A DNA stretch of 64,000 nucleotides from Bdellovibrionota bacterium (GTDB taxonomy: Bacteria > Bdellovibrionota_C > UBA2361 > CALJRW01). The position numbers were made by a program, and so were the translations under genes. Shown in pieces: positions 20,486-30,214 of this stretch. Numbering within the stretch: position 1 is the first letter of the stretch; each line of letters opens with the position of its first letter. The stretch spans positions 1-64,000 of the forward strand of contig JBGSMD010000063.1 of NCBI GenBank assembly GCA_041740355.1. Reading direction: 5' to 3'. The notes beneath the pieces are model-generated. The model was not told where the DNA came from and did not search any database. It saw nothing but the letters and a program-made list of their open reading frames with translations.

Positions 20486-21499
20486 TTAAGGTTGCAGGTA
20501 CCTAGTCTGCTTTACGGGAACAGCTCTTTGTTCCACAAGAATTTCTTTAGCCCTATTAGCTATTTTTTCGGCCACATTTAATGGCTGTTTTTTGGGCTGC
20601 CATTCGGGATCAAAATATTCTAAAGGTCGAGCATAACCTTCGATCATCAGGTCTACTGCTAGTCTTTCATGATCACTTCTTAAAAATTGATTCTTAACTC
20701 TATTTAATCCAGCAAAATAGACGGGCTTACCACTAGAGCAAGCTTCGCTACACATCGACATAGAATCCGCTGTTACAATTATCAAATCCGCCAATGAGAT
20801 CATTCCTAAATAGGGATTAAACTTGCTTGAGCTATAATCATAGGTATATTTTGAAACACTGCTAAGTTCCTGCAAAAATGCCTCCCATGTTTTTTCCCTA
20901 GTACGATGACTATTTGTTAAATAGAGTCCAATATCATGTGCTTTGGATATTTCATTTATCTGAGCACCAATACTTCTAGCAGCTTTAGTCTTAAACTTAC
21001 CTCCCCCTTTCTCATTTGTTAGTTGAATAGAGTCACCACCCATTAAAACAGCGGCTTTCATTCTTGTATCTAATTTGGGGAGATTGATTATGGAAGAATT
21101 AATCTTTTCTGGTGTGATAGTATTGGAAAGTCCTATTGTTTCCATAACATTTGGTAAGCTCAACCTCGGAGCATGTCGTGGATTAGCAATTAAATCAAAA
21201 TGAGAATGTAGTGAACCAGGATCTCTTAGATTAATTAGAAATGGCTTTTCTCCTATCGTCCTGCTGATCGCAATCATATGCTCTGTAGAGAATTGATAAG
21301 ATGCGATCAACAGTTCCGGTCTTTGTTGTCCTTGATCAAGATCAATAAATTCTAATACACTCGCATATTTTTCAATCTGATCATTGAAAATGATTCTTGG
21401 ATTAGTATCAAATTTATAAGCAACCCCTAAGCAGGCATTTAAATCCCCAACAAATCCTCTTTTTTGTATTACCCAAGCTCTCATGAATCTTAACTTCAA
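20486..21499 (-). CDS. ELM1/GtrOC1 (DUF1022)-like putative glycosyltransferase-fold protein
   Basis: FDLI..PRH, SHRT, NPYLG, VTADSMSMCSEACSSGKPV. Confidence 0.8.
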   Translation of the reverse strand: MKLRFMRAWVIQKRGFVGDLNACLGVAYKFDTNPRIIFNDQIEKYASVLEFIDLDQGQQRPELLIASYQFSTEHMIAISRTIGEKPFLINLRDPGSLHSHFDLIANPRHAPRLSLPNVMETIGLSNTITPEKINSSIINLPKLDTRMKAAVLMGGDSIQLTNEKGGGKFKTKAARSIGAQINEISKAHDIGLYLTNSHRTREKTWEAFLQELSSVSKYTYDYSSSKFNPYLGMISLADLIIVTADSMSMCSEACSSGKPVYFAGLNRVKNQFLRSDHERLAVDLMIEGYARPLEYFDPEWQPKKQPLNVAEKIANRAKEILVEQRAVPVKQTRYLQP

Positions 21500-21642
21500 C
21501 CATCACAAAATTTTGCAGGATTCTAAAGGATCTTACTTACTAAACAAGTAAATAAAGAAATAATTAAAAGAATATACTGGAATGTCTTTACAATTAAGTA
21601 GCAGAACACTAAATTATGTAGGATTTTTATCTTTATTACAAA

Positions 21643-22851
21643 ATGGTTAAACGCAATAAAAATATAGCAAAACTTCCGGCTGGTTATCTTTTCCCAGTAA
21701 TCGCCAAGAAACGCCGCGAATTTCAAGAAAAAAATCCGACCGCTAAGATTATCTCTTTGGGAATTGGTGATACTCCTGGCCCACTGCCAAAAAATATTAC
21801 AGCGGCTCTTGTTAAAGCGGCCGAAGGAATGGGGACTTCCGAAGGATACTCAGGTTATCCAGATTTAGGACTCCTAAAATTGCGTGAGCTGATTAACTTA
21901 AGATTCTATAATAACCAATTAGATCCAGATGAAATTTTAATTTCTGATGGTGCGAAATGTGATGTCGGAAGACTGCAAATGCTTTTTGGAGCAGATGTTA
22001 AGATTGCCGTGCAAGATCCAGTCTATCCAGCTTATGTAGATTCCAGTGTTGCCATGGGACAAACTGGTGAGTTTAATCCTGAGACTAAGCAATTCGGAGG
22101 CATTACATACTTGCCGTGTAATCCAGCAAATAATTTTTTTCCTGACTTAACTCCAGCTAAGAATTCAGATTTAATATTTATTTGCTCTCCAAATAATCCA
22201 ACAGGTGCTTGTGCAAATCGCCAACAATTAACTGAGTTAGTTGCTTTTGCCAAAGCAAATAAAGCAATCATCATGTACGATGCAGCCTACAGCGTCTTTA
22301 TTCAAGATCCTGAATTACCGAAATCTATTTTTGAAATCCCTGGAGCTAAAGAAGTTGCTATTGAAATGCACTCCTTCTCTAAGTCGGCTAGCTTTACAGG
22401 AGTTCGCTTGGGTTGGACGGTTGTTCCTAAAGAATTAAAATTTGAAGATGGATCTTCCGTACTAAATGATTGGGTCAGACTTACCAATACAATCTATAAC
22501 GGTACCTCGCACATCACTCAACTAGGTGGAATCGGAGTATTAGAAGATGCCGGCTGGGCAGAAGTCCAAGAAATGACATCTGAGTTTTTAGAGAATGCCC
22601 GTTTAATTAAAGAAGCTTTAGTTAAAAAAGATGTGGAAGTTTATGCTGGAGAAAACGCTCCTTACCTTTGGGCGAAAATCCCGGGAAGAACTTCTTGGGA
22701 AACCTTTGATTACCTTCTAGAACAAGCTCAAATTGTTTGTACTCCAGGTTCAGGATTCGGAATAGCTGGCGAAGGCTTTGTTCGCTTTAGTGCGTTTGGT
22801 AAAAGAGCGGATATCTTGGAAGCAATTACAAGATTAGAGAAATTTTTATAA
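21643..22851 (+). CDS. dapL: LL-diaminopimelate aminotransferase
   Basis: [41 protein letters not shown]. Confidence 0.96.
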   Translation: MVKRNKNIAKLPAGYLFPVIAKKRREFQEKNPTAKIISLGIGDTPGPLPKNITAALVKAAEGMGTSEGYSGYPDLGLLKLRELINLRFYNNQLDPDEILISDGAKCDVGRLQMLFGADVKIAVQDPVYPAYVDSSVAMGQTGEFNPETKQFGGITYLPCNPANNFFPDLTPAKNSDLIFICSPNNPTGACANRQQLTELVAFAKANKAIIMYDAAYSVFIQDPELPKSIFEIPGAKEVAIEMHSFSKSASFTGVRLGWTVVPKELKFEDGSSVLNDWVRLTNTIYNGTSHITQLGGIGVLEDAGWAEVQEMTSEFLENARLIKEALVKKDVEVYAGENAPYLWAKIPGRTSWETFDYLLEQAQIVCTPGSGFGIAGEGFVRFSAFGKRADILEAITRLEKFL

Positions 22852-22861
22852 ATTTCTAATA

Positions 22862-22890
22862 TCCTGAACGTAGAAAAGCTACGTTCCGGA
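22862..22890. terminator. Hairpin after dapL (possible terminator)
   Basis: GAACGTAG-AAAAG-CTACGTTC 8-bp stem; no good U-tract. Confidence 0.35.
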
Positions 22891-23078
22891 AGTAAAACAA
22901 AACATCCTATCCAGCTAGAATTACAGCAGAAAAATACTTTTCTAAGCAAAATTAATAAATTAGACTTTTGAGTTAGTTCTTAATAAATGCTAATATTCCC
23001 GTAAATCAAGTTCAGCTAAGGATGACACTCCTCAAATGCTGGATCAAATAGATGTGAATAACATCATCAACAACCAAA

Positions 23079-23861
23079 ATGACAATGAAAAAAGAACTAA
23101 GTATCTACGCCTACTACATCGGTAAGCAAGTAGATTTAAAAGACTTTAAAAAGGAAAAGATCTTAGCGAGAGATCCATTATTTATCGATCTCAATAAAGA
23201 ACGACTTGTTGCGGTATTCCGCTACGGAGTAGTCGTGATGTTTAATTGCCCAGAAGATCTGAAAGATTATATTAATGACAAATTAATACCAGAAGACTTA
23301 GGGGATAAGCCAATCTTGTTAACAGAGAAATCTATTCTAGTAATTGATCCCGAAGGTCAAGAAATTGCCACGGAAGACTTTATTCAAATTAAATCAGAGA
23401 GCACTGAAAAGCTTCAGCTAATCGCCGAGGTCCTTGCCAGACATTTAGCCTTAGACTACTTCGAACAAACTGTAATCGACACATTTAGTAAGCTACAAAA
23501 CTTAATGAATAAGTTCGATCTGAAGGTAACAAACCGCTATAAATCAAATGAACTTTACGCCCTAATCGAAGATGCGCTAATTGATAAAAGTAAACTTCTG
23601 GGACTGATTCAATTAGGTGATAAGCCTGACTTAATTTGGGAATATCCCGAGCTGGAAAAATTCTATAACCACCTCGATAACCATTTTGAAGTTAGAGAGC
23701 GTTATAAAGTGTTATATGAAAAGCTAGAACTAATTGACTCCACCGCAAAGTCACTTTTGGAGGTAACAAATGTTCGTCATAGTATTAGATTAGAGTGGTA
23801 CATCGTGATTTTGATTGTTTTTGAAATTTGCTTGACCCTTTACGATAAAATCTTTGCTTAG
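23079..23861 (+). CDS. RMD1/DUF155 family protein
   Basis: VFRYGVVVMFN, DKPDLIWE, FEVRER and the C-terminal RLEWYIVILIVFEI helix. Confidence 0.88.
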   Translation: MTMKKELSIYAYYIGKQVDLKDFKKEKILARDPLFIDLNKERLVAVFRYGVVVMFNCPEDLKDYINDKLIPEDLGDKPILLTEKSILVIDPEGQEIATEDFIQIKSESTEKLQLIAEVLARHLALDYFEQTVIDTFSKLQNLMNKFDLKVTNRYKSNELYALIEDALIDKSKLLGLIQLGDKPDLIWEYPELEKFYNHLDNHFEVRERYKVLYEKLELIDSTAKSLLEVTNVRHSIRLEWYIVILIVFEICLTLYDKIFA

Positions 23862-23888
23862 CTACGGAAGATCTTGTAAAAAGATTTT

Positions 23889-25136
23889 GTGCTAAGTGAA
23901 AGTATTAAACTTGTAATTCCCGAAAACCCTGAGCAAGCGAAGAAGTTGGCAGCTGAAATTATTGATGGCGTTTTGCCAATAAGTCCAAGATTTAATCGTT
24001 TTGACTGGGAACAAAAAGTTGCCCTAACCTTTCAAAATTCAACTCGTCAAGCAACACCTGAAGAGCATCGCCTGATAGCTCAAGCTGAGAATTTCGTAAC
24101 AGCAGAATTTAAAAAGGCTAAAATCACAACTATTACTAAATGTTCTGGACTTCTAACAGAAGAATATGCCCAAAGTGAAGATAACGCCGATGTCGTAAAT
24201 AAAGATTATGGATCGGCACATCCAGAAATCAGAAGTATGTACTTAAATGACACTCATGTAGCAACTAATCCCGAACGTGCTGCTGGCACAATTGTTCATG
24301 AACTGACACATTTATCAGGAGCTATTAAATTAGGTGCGAAGACTTGGGTATCTTTTGGTTTGATCAATAGCGCTCAAGGTGAAACAAGATTTTTAATACT
24401 GGAAGAATTTGTTGCCGATCTAATGGAAATTAGGTTTCACAAAAGCCAAGGAGCAAAGGAAATAAAAGGAAACTATAAAATTAAAGTTACTCCTGAAGAT
24501 AGAAATCCAAAACTAACTTTATTAGCTATGCTATATGGGGAAATTTATCAACTACCAGCCTACCTTGAAGCTTGTAAAAAGAGGAAAACTTCCCGCCAAG
24601 ATTTCAGTTGGAATAAAATTCAACAATTAGAGAAGGAGTCTTTTAGATTTAGCTTGCAAGCAATATTTCCAAAGATTATTAATTTACCATCGGTCATATT
24701 AAAAACAAATACTCAGGATCTCCATTCCCCGTATGGAGTAGCAGTAAAAAGTATTTTAGATTTAATTCCTGAAATAAGTAGATGTTACTCAAGTAAAGGT
24801 GATACTCGAGTAAATTTTGAAAATAGAATGTTACATTTTCATCAAGCAGGAAATACTAAGGCTGCATTAAAGTATTTGTGTGGGGCCGTCGGTAAATCAA
24901 TTTTGTTACCATTAGCTTATTTCACTCCTAAAATCGATCCCAATGATTCCTTTGAAGTGATCGATAATTTACTGTTAAGAATGTATGTTGATGCTGGGCA
25001 GATTAAAGAAATTGCTGTACGAAACCAAGTCCGTACAGCAATTTCTTATTTAACAAATCACCGAGAAGATTTAAGAATTAGATGTAAAAATATTACACTC
25101 CCGAAACGCAGTACTGACCACCGTTCCGAGATCTAG
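23889..25136 (+). CDS. Hypothetical protein with HExxH zinc-peptidase-like motif
   Basis: 415-aa ORF; IVHELTH followed about 35 aa later by LEEFVAD. Confidence 0.6.
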   Translation: MLSESIKLVIPENPEQAKKLAAEIIDGVLPISPRFNRFDWEQKVALTFQNSTRQATPEEHRLIAQAENFVTAEFKKAKITTITKCSGLLTEEYAQSEDNADVVNKDYGSAHPEIRSMYLNDTHVATNPERAAGTIVHELTHLSGAIKLGAKTWVSFGLINSAQGETRFLILEEFVADLMEIRFHKSQGAKEIKGNYKIKVTPEDRNPKLTLLAMLYGEIYQLPAYLEACKKRKTSRQDFSWNKIQQLEKESFRFSLQAIFPKIINLPSVILKTNTQDLHSPYGVAVKSILDLIPEISRCYSSKGDTRVNFENRMLHFHQAGNTKAALKYLCGAVGKSILLPLAYFTPKIDPNDSFEVIDNLLLRMYVDAGQIKEIAVRNQVRTAISYLTNHREDLRIRCKNITLPKRSTDHRSEI

Positions 25137-25509
25137 AATCACGACAACCATTCTTACGCTCTTTGTCAGAACACTTGCTCCCTCTTAAACGAAAGCCTGA
25201 CTGACAACCATCAGGAGCTGGCTGATAAATCACTGGCGGTGGTGGAGGTCGGTTATATTGGTCTTGCTCTTGACGTTCACGTTCTCTTTCCAAACGCTCG
25301 CGTTCTTCTCTAAGCTGATCTCTTTCCCAACGAGCTCGATCTGCTTCTCGATCATAGTCATATCGAGAATCATAACGGGAGTCATACCTGTCGTAGCTAG
25401 AAGGACGATAAGTTCCTCCATTATCAGGGTAATAACCACTATTATTCTCCAAACAAGCAGATAGCAACAACGTGCAAAGAGCAATAAAAACAATATTTTT
25501 TAAACGCAT
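25093..25509 (-). CDS. Small lipoprotein with low-complexity repeats and a Cys-rich tail
   Basis: Lipobox LLSAC, YDSR repeats, (ER)n segment, poly-Pro, four C-terminal Cys. Confidence 0.75.
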   Translation of the reverse strand: MRLKNIVFIALCTLLLSACLENNSGYYPDNGGTYRPSSYDRYDSRYDSRYDYDREADRARWERDQLREERERLERERERQEQDQYNRPPPPPVIYQPAPDGCQSGFRLRGSKCSDKERKNGCRDSRSRNGGQYCVSGV

Positions 25510-25611
25510 ATTTTAACTAACAAAAGCAAAAAAAGGAATTATATGAATATATAATCGTCGGACAGTAAATTACAAGTAATTATTCACGAACCTTGGCAAT
25601 GTTCTTGACAA

Positions 25612-26217
25612 TTACTCCAGATTGAGAGATTTCTTCATCGCCAGAAGGGAAAGTTTTTGAAATTTTAGTTGATAAAACCTAATAATTGGATAAATCGGGA
25701 AGCACCAAATATAGTTTGGTCTCGAGATACTGCTAAGGTTAAAGTATACCTCCTGAGAATCTGGGTAATAATCTACCCTAAACCATTCTTTTCCAAATTC
25801 AATATGCCCCGCCAAGGTTGTATAGGCAAAACCAACTGAGGTCTTTTCTTGATCTTTACTTTGGATTATTTCAGATACAAAACTGGCGATTTTCACCCAT
25901 AGGCCCAAGGCCCTCGCCGTTACTACAATCACTGTGCCCAATTTAATAGAAGAAGTATTTGAGATTGCCTTGCAAAAAGGTGGCAGATTAAACATCTGTA
26001 AATCATAAACGGCTTGCAATGCTTGCTCTAAAACTTCAGGGCCTTTACCAAGCAGGACTTGTCTACTGTCGTTAACAAAGTAATTCTTATTGGCCTGCTC
26101 TAGTTTTTTACATGCTGAGTCTATTCCTTCTGCTTGTTGATTGGCAAAGCCAATCAAATCTTCTTTACTTGGATGACTAAAGGAATATAACTTGATCAGA
26201 TCAATTAGTGAATTCAT
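25612..26217 (-). CDS. DUF1990 family protein
   Basis: GFAYTTLAGHIEFGKEWF..V and SISRP. Confidence 0.8.
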   Translation of the reverse strand: MNSLIDLIKLYSFSHPSKEDLIGFANQQAEGIDSACKKLEQANKNYFVNDSRQVLLGKGPEVLEQALQAVYDLQMFNLPPFCKAISNTSSIKLGTVIVVTARALGLWVKIASFVSEIIQSKDQEKTSVGFAYTTLAGHIEFGKEWFRVDYYPDSQEVYFNLSSISRPNYIWCFPIYPIIRFYQLKFQKLSLLAMKKSLNLE

Positions 26218-27146
26218 TTTTCTAAGTCTTCAATCATATCTATAAAATTTGTGAATTGAAATTCAAAACCTTCACTAAGGAGCCGAGTAGGTAAAACACG
26301 TCGACTTTTGATAATAAGTTCTGTTTCTGTTCTAAGAAAGAATGCTCCAATTTCTAACATCCACTTAGTTGCCGGTAATCCAAAGGGAACTCCAAGTTTT
26401 TTTCGAATGATTTGCATCATCAGTTTATTAGTTAAGGGATTTGGTGCAGAAATATTATAAATTCCATTTGACTGATTATTTATTATAATCCACTCTAACG
26501 CACGGCAAAAATCATTCGAATGAATCCATGAGACATATTGCTTTCCATGACCCATCCGACCACCAAGCCCAAGCCCTACAAGTCGTTTTATAATTTGGTA
26601 GGCAGTTCCTGAGTCATTTCCAAAAACTATTGCCGTTCTTAAAAGTACTTTCCGAATATCTTGTGAGATACTTTCATTAAAAGCTTTCTCCCAAGCATTT
26701 GCTAGTTCTATCGAAAATTCATCTTTTGCATCAGGACTAGCAGCAATCTTGCCATTTTCAGAATGGCCCTCTCCGTAAGTATGCTCATAAAGTGTTGCTG
26801 TACTAGAATTTAACCAGACTTTTGGTTTATTCACACAATTAGCAATCGCCAGCCCTAAGATTTTCGTTGATAAAATTCTGGAATCAAGTAGAACTTGCCT
26901 ATTTTTTGCATGATAACGACAATCAACAGAACGTCCTGCTAAATTAATAACAGCCAAGGAATTTTCTAATTCTTGGCACCAGCTTCCTAAGCTTTTACCA
27001 TCCCATAATACTACAGTGGCATCTTCTGAATGAAATTCCTGACGACTCAAGATTACAACTTGATAACCATTATTTTTAAAATATTTGGCTAACTGCCGAC
27101 CTAAGAATCCACTCCCTCCAGGTATAATAATTCTTTGCATTGTCAT
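26214..27146 (-). CDS. YfcH/TIGR01777-like NAD-dependent epimerase family protein
   Basis: GGSGFLG, INLAGRSV, GKQYVSWIH, C-terminal DUF1731-like P.RL...GF.F. Confidence 0.9.
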   Translation of the reverse strand: MTMQRIIIPGGSGFLGRQLAKYFKNNGYQVVILSRQEFHSEDATVVLWDGKSLGSWCQELENSLAVINLAGRSVDCRYHAKNRQVLLDSRILSTKILGLAIANCVNKPKVWLNSSTATLYEHTYGEGHSENGKIAASPDAKDEFSIELANAWEKAFNESISQDIRKVLLRTAIVFGNDSGTAYQIIKRLVGLGLGGRMGHGKQYVSWIHSNDFCRALEWIIINNQSNGIYNISAPNPLTNKLMMQIIRKKLGVPFGLPATKWMLEIGAFFLRTETELIIKSRRVLPTRLLSEGFEFQFTNFIDMIEDLEK

Positions 27147-27170
27147 GATTTGTTCTCCTCTTTAAGTAAA

Positions 27171-27435
27171 CCCTCCGCAGATGAAATTTGCGGAGGGCGA
27201 GCGTAATCTTGGCTTTAGCCAAGTTACACCGTAAAAGACAAAACCTATACTCACCGCCGGTTTGCGTAGGGTTTAGTATTGTTCTCTACGGCAAAACCTG
27301 TCTTCCACCTTCGCTTAAGCTACGGCGGACAAGGCGACAGGATTTTACTCGCCGGGACTCGCTACACTCGCTCCCCCTTCGGGACACCTTTCTTTTCATT
27401 TTTTATCAAAAATGAAAAGCGGTGAGTATATCTGA
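27171..27435. repeat. Composite multi-hairpin interspersed repeat overlapping the TetR 3' end
   Basis: Hairpins CCCTCCGCA/TGCGGAGGG and CTTGGCT/AGCCAAG, a perfect 12-bp inverted repeat TATACTCACCGC (27246)/GCGGTGAGTATA (27419), and a REP unit at 27305. Shares words with 32915-33089 and 47149-47307. Confidence 0.75.
27305..27334 (+). repeat. 30-nt REP-like palindrome
   Basis: CCACCTTCGC-TTAA-GCTACGGCGGACAAGG inside a CCTGTC...GACAGG stem. Confidence 0.8.
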
Positions 27436-28109
27436 TTTAATGGCCACAAATCCTCCAAGAGCTTAATAGCTGTGCTTTGAACTTTATTAATTATCGGAAG
27501 ACGACCAACATTTAGTAGTAAGATCACTATTTTTAATGAGGCAGTTAGTAACAACTTCGAACGAACTTGTTTTTTTGAGGAATCAAAAGTCCAGAAAAAA
27601 ATCATACCCATTAAGAAAAACCAAAGAAAAACCGGTAGATGATTTTTAAAACTCGGATCATATTTTAAATTACTTCCCTCAATACATTTATTAATAATTT
27701 CAATTGAACGAGTTCTTAATTTTATTGTCTCAGGGCTAAAGGGTGAGTTTGGATTTTTAGGATCAACTCCATTTTGTACTAGAACAGCGACCATCTTTTG
27801 ATATGGCAAGAATTCAGTTAAGGTGTTCTGAATGTAACCTGTAAATCGAGTACTAAAATCCTTGCTACGAGTAATTTCCTCTGCCATTACTCGCTCTAGA
27901 GAACTTGTAGTCATTTCATAGAATTCTGCTACCAAATGATCTTTTGAACGGAAATAATAATAAGTTGTTCCTAAAGCAATTCCAGCATCACTAGCGATCT
28001 CTCTCATCGTAGTTTCCTGATAGCCATTTTTCCGAAAAAGGCCTAAGGCAGATTTATAAATCTTCTCTTTGGTTTCTTCAGATTTAATTAATTTTTGTCC
28101 AGTTTTCAT
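27396..28109 (-). CDS. TetR/AcrR family transcriptional regulator
   Basis: N-terminal HTH TTMREIASDAGIALGTTYYYFRSK; C-terminal SPFS..T..LR. Confidence 0.92.
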   Translation of the reverse strand: MKTGQKLIKSEETKEKIYKSALGLFRKNGYQETTMREIASDAGIALGTTYYYFRSKDHLVAEFYEMTTSSLERVMAEEITRSKDFSTRFTGYIQNTLTEFLPYQKMVAVLVQNGVDPKNPNSPFSPETIKLRTRSIEIINKCIEGSNLKYDPSFKNHLPVFLWFFLMGMIFFWTFDSSKKQVRSKLLLTASLKIVILLLNVGRLPIINKVQSTAIKLLEDLWPLNQIYSPLFIFDKK

Positions 28110-28495
28110 TTAGCAATACGATTTAAATACAATAACACACTGGAAATGTTATAGCGTTTTTCTGCTATATAGTTAAAGGCAGTATTCGTATATTTAAAAA
28201 ACTTAGGGCTACCTAAAATTAAACTTAAATTACGGTAATCAATCAGTGAATATAGGCAAAAAAGTTTTCCTTTAGAATCAAAGTAGACTTCTCTATTTGA
28301 AGTTACTACTATAAATCTTCCTGCTTTAAATTCATTGATTAGCTCAGGAAATTGTTCTCTAGCCTGACCTGTTTGAGATGCTAAAAATTTTATTGGGAAA
28401 AAACTGTTCTGGCCTTTTAGCCATTTAACGCATTGACGACAAAACTCACATTGGCCATCATACAGAACTGTAATATTAATAATCTTAGTTTTCAT
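28106..28495 (-). CDS. DCC1/DUF393 thiol-disulfide oxidoreductase-like protein
   Basis: VLYDGQCEFC DxxCxxC motif. Confidence 0.88.
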   Translation of the reverse strand: MKTKIINITVLYDGQCEFCRQCVKWLKGQNSFFPIKFLASQTGQAREQFPELINEFKAGRFIVVTSNREVYFDSKGKLFCLYSLIDYRNLSLILGSPKFFKYTNTAFNYIAEKRYNISSVLLYLNRIAK

Positions 28496-28517
28496 CTTTT
28501 CTCCTCTAATTAGTTCA

Positions 28518-28544
28518 GTCTGGGTAACGCTAAGTTACCCAGAC
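28518..28544. other. Perfect intergenic hairpin
   Basis: GTCTGGGTAAC-GCTAA-GTTACCCAGAC, an 11-bp stem between co-oriented genes. Confidence 0.6.
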
Positions 28545-28550
28545 CTTAAG

Positions 28551-28949
28551 TTAGATTTTATTTGGAAGTACTTGATCTGGCTCAACTGGTGGTTCAAACA
28601 TCTCTAGTAATCCACTTCTACGTAATCGATTGAACACATAGATATTAAAGAAATGCATTCCACCAAGAACAAGTAAAATAATCCCTATTTTTGAACTAAG
28701 TAGCTCAATAGCATCAGCGACTGTGACTGGACTATTCTTTGCTTTCAGGGTGATACATACATATCCTAAGTTAATCAGATAAAATCCTACGACCAATAAA
28801 TGATTAACAGAATCTGCCAAGCCTTCATTGTCTTTAAAAGCATTAACTAGAAACGCCCGCCCATGTTGCTGTAATGTTCTGGCTACCCAGATAGTAACTC
28901 CCAGACTAACAACGATATAGATTAAATATGTTACAACTAGCATTTGCAC
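28551..28949 (-). CDS. Conserved small membrane protein
   Basis: Three hydrophobic segments; LADSVNHLLVVGFYL and LG.MHFFN pattern. Confidence 0.8.
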   Translation of the reverse strand: MQMLVVTYLIYIVVSLGVTIWVARTLQQHGRAFLVNAFKDNEGLADSVNHLLVVGFYLINLGYVCITLKAKNSPVTVADAIELLSSKIGIILLVLGGMHFFNIYVFNRLRRSGLLEMFEPPVEPDQVLPNKI

Positions 28950-29046
28950 CTCCTACAACGAGATAAATTTAAAATACTTCAGCTAAAAACTTTTTTTGCT
29001 TAGTATCAGTTAATTTCTTAACTTACTTATAAAATACCACATAAAC

Positions 29047-29058
29047 TGAACGCGTTCA
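29047..29058. promoter_or_regulatory. Candidate TetR operator
   Basis: Perfect palindrome TGAACGCGTTCA about 100 nt upstream of the TetR-containing unit. Confidence 0.55.
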
Positions 29059-29122
29059 ATTAATTTAGTTAATACAAAAATACCTATTCTAATCTTTTCT
29101 TATCTCTAATAATTTTAATTAC

Positions 29123-30214
29123 TTACAAAAGCCCTTTGGTGCTTGGAAGTCCAATCTGCCCCGAACTAGTAACAGCTTGTTTGATAGCTTTGCCTAAGGC
29201 CTTAAAGGTTGCTTCTATTTTATGATGCTCGTTATCACCTTCGATTTTGATGTTTAAATTACACTTAGCACTATCAGAAAATGACTTGAAGAAGTGGGAG
29301 AACATCTCAGTAGGCATGTCACCAACTTTTTCTCTCTTAAATTCTGCTTGCCAGACTAGCCATGGGCGACCAGAAAAATCTAAGGCGACTTGAACCAAGG
29401 CATCATCCATTGGTAGTGTGAAACCGTAACGATTAATCCCACGCTTGGTACCGAGTGCTTGAATGATCGCTTCACCCAGTGCTAAGGCAGTATCTTCAAT
29501 CGTATGATGCTCATCTATTTCCAAATCACCAATCACATTAAGATTTAAATCAAATCCAGCGTGAAAGGCCAATTGTTGTAACATGTGATCAAAGAAACTC
29601 AGCCCAGTTTTAATTTGAGTCTGGCCCTGACCATCAAGGTTTAGCAAAATTGAAATCTTAGTTTCTTTAGTATCTCGCTGGAAATTTATATTTCGACCAC
29701 TTTGTAAGATAAAATCAGTAATTTTAGTCCAATCATTACTACAGAAAGTAGCATCTAAGGATTGTTCGGATCCCATATAAATGGATTTACTCTTAAGATT
29801 CTTCGCTAACTCCACATCAGTTAATCGATCTCCAATTACCCAAGAATTTGCTAAATCGTATTCTTTAGTTAGATATTTAGTTAGTAATCCCGTTCCCGGC
29901 TTACGCGTAGCAAGTTTTTGCTCCGGAAAAGAGCGATCAATTAAGATGTCAGCAAAACTAATACCCTCGCTTTCAAAAACCTCTAACATTAGTTTATGAG
30001 CAGGCCAGAAATCCGATTCTGGAAAACTAGCCGTCCCTAAGCCATCTTGATTAGTAATCATGACAAACTCAAAATCACTATATAGCGAAAGTTTTTTCAA
30101 AGAAGAAATTGCCTGTGGTAAAAATTTTAATTTATCTAAGCGATCAATCTGGAAGTTATCTTCTGGCTCCCAAATTAGAGTTCCATCTCGGTCAAAAAAA
30201 ATTACTTTTTTCAT
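29123..30214 (-). CDS. hisB: Bifunctional histidinol-phosphatase / imidazoleglycerol-phosphate dehydratase
   Basis: [22 protein letters not shown]; then FDHML, HHTIED, HHKIEA, PSTKG. Confidence 0.96.
   Translation of the reverse strand: MKKVIFFDRDGTLIWEPEDNFQIDRLDKLKFLPQAISSLKKLSLYSDFEFVMITNQDGLGTASFPESDFWPAHKLMLEVFESEGISFADILIDRSFPEQKLATRKPGTGLLTKYLTKEYDLANSWVIGDRLTDVELAKNLKSKSIYMGSEQSLDATFCSNDWTKITDFILQSGRNINFQRDTKETKISILLNLDGQGQTQIKTGLSFFDHMLQQLAFHAGFDLNLNVIGDLEIDEHHTIEDTALALGEAIIQALGTKRGINRYGFTLPMDDALVQVALDFSGRPWLVWQAEFKREKVGDMPTEMFSHFFKSFSDSAKCNLNIKIEGDNEHHKIEATFKALGKAIKQAVTSSGQIGLPSTKGLL

Noticed and set aside
27188-27415. 75-aa ORF containing PPSLKLRRT
   Set aside because: It lies entirely within the palindromic repeat; the peptide is a translation of the REP-like unit.
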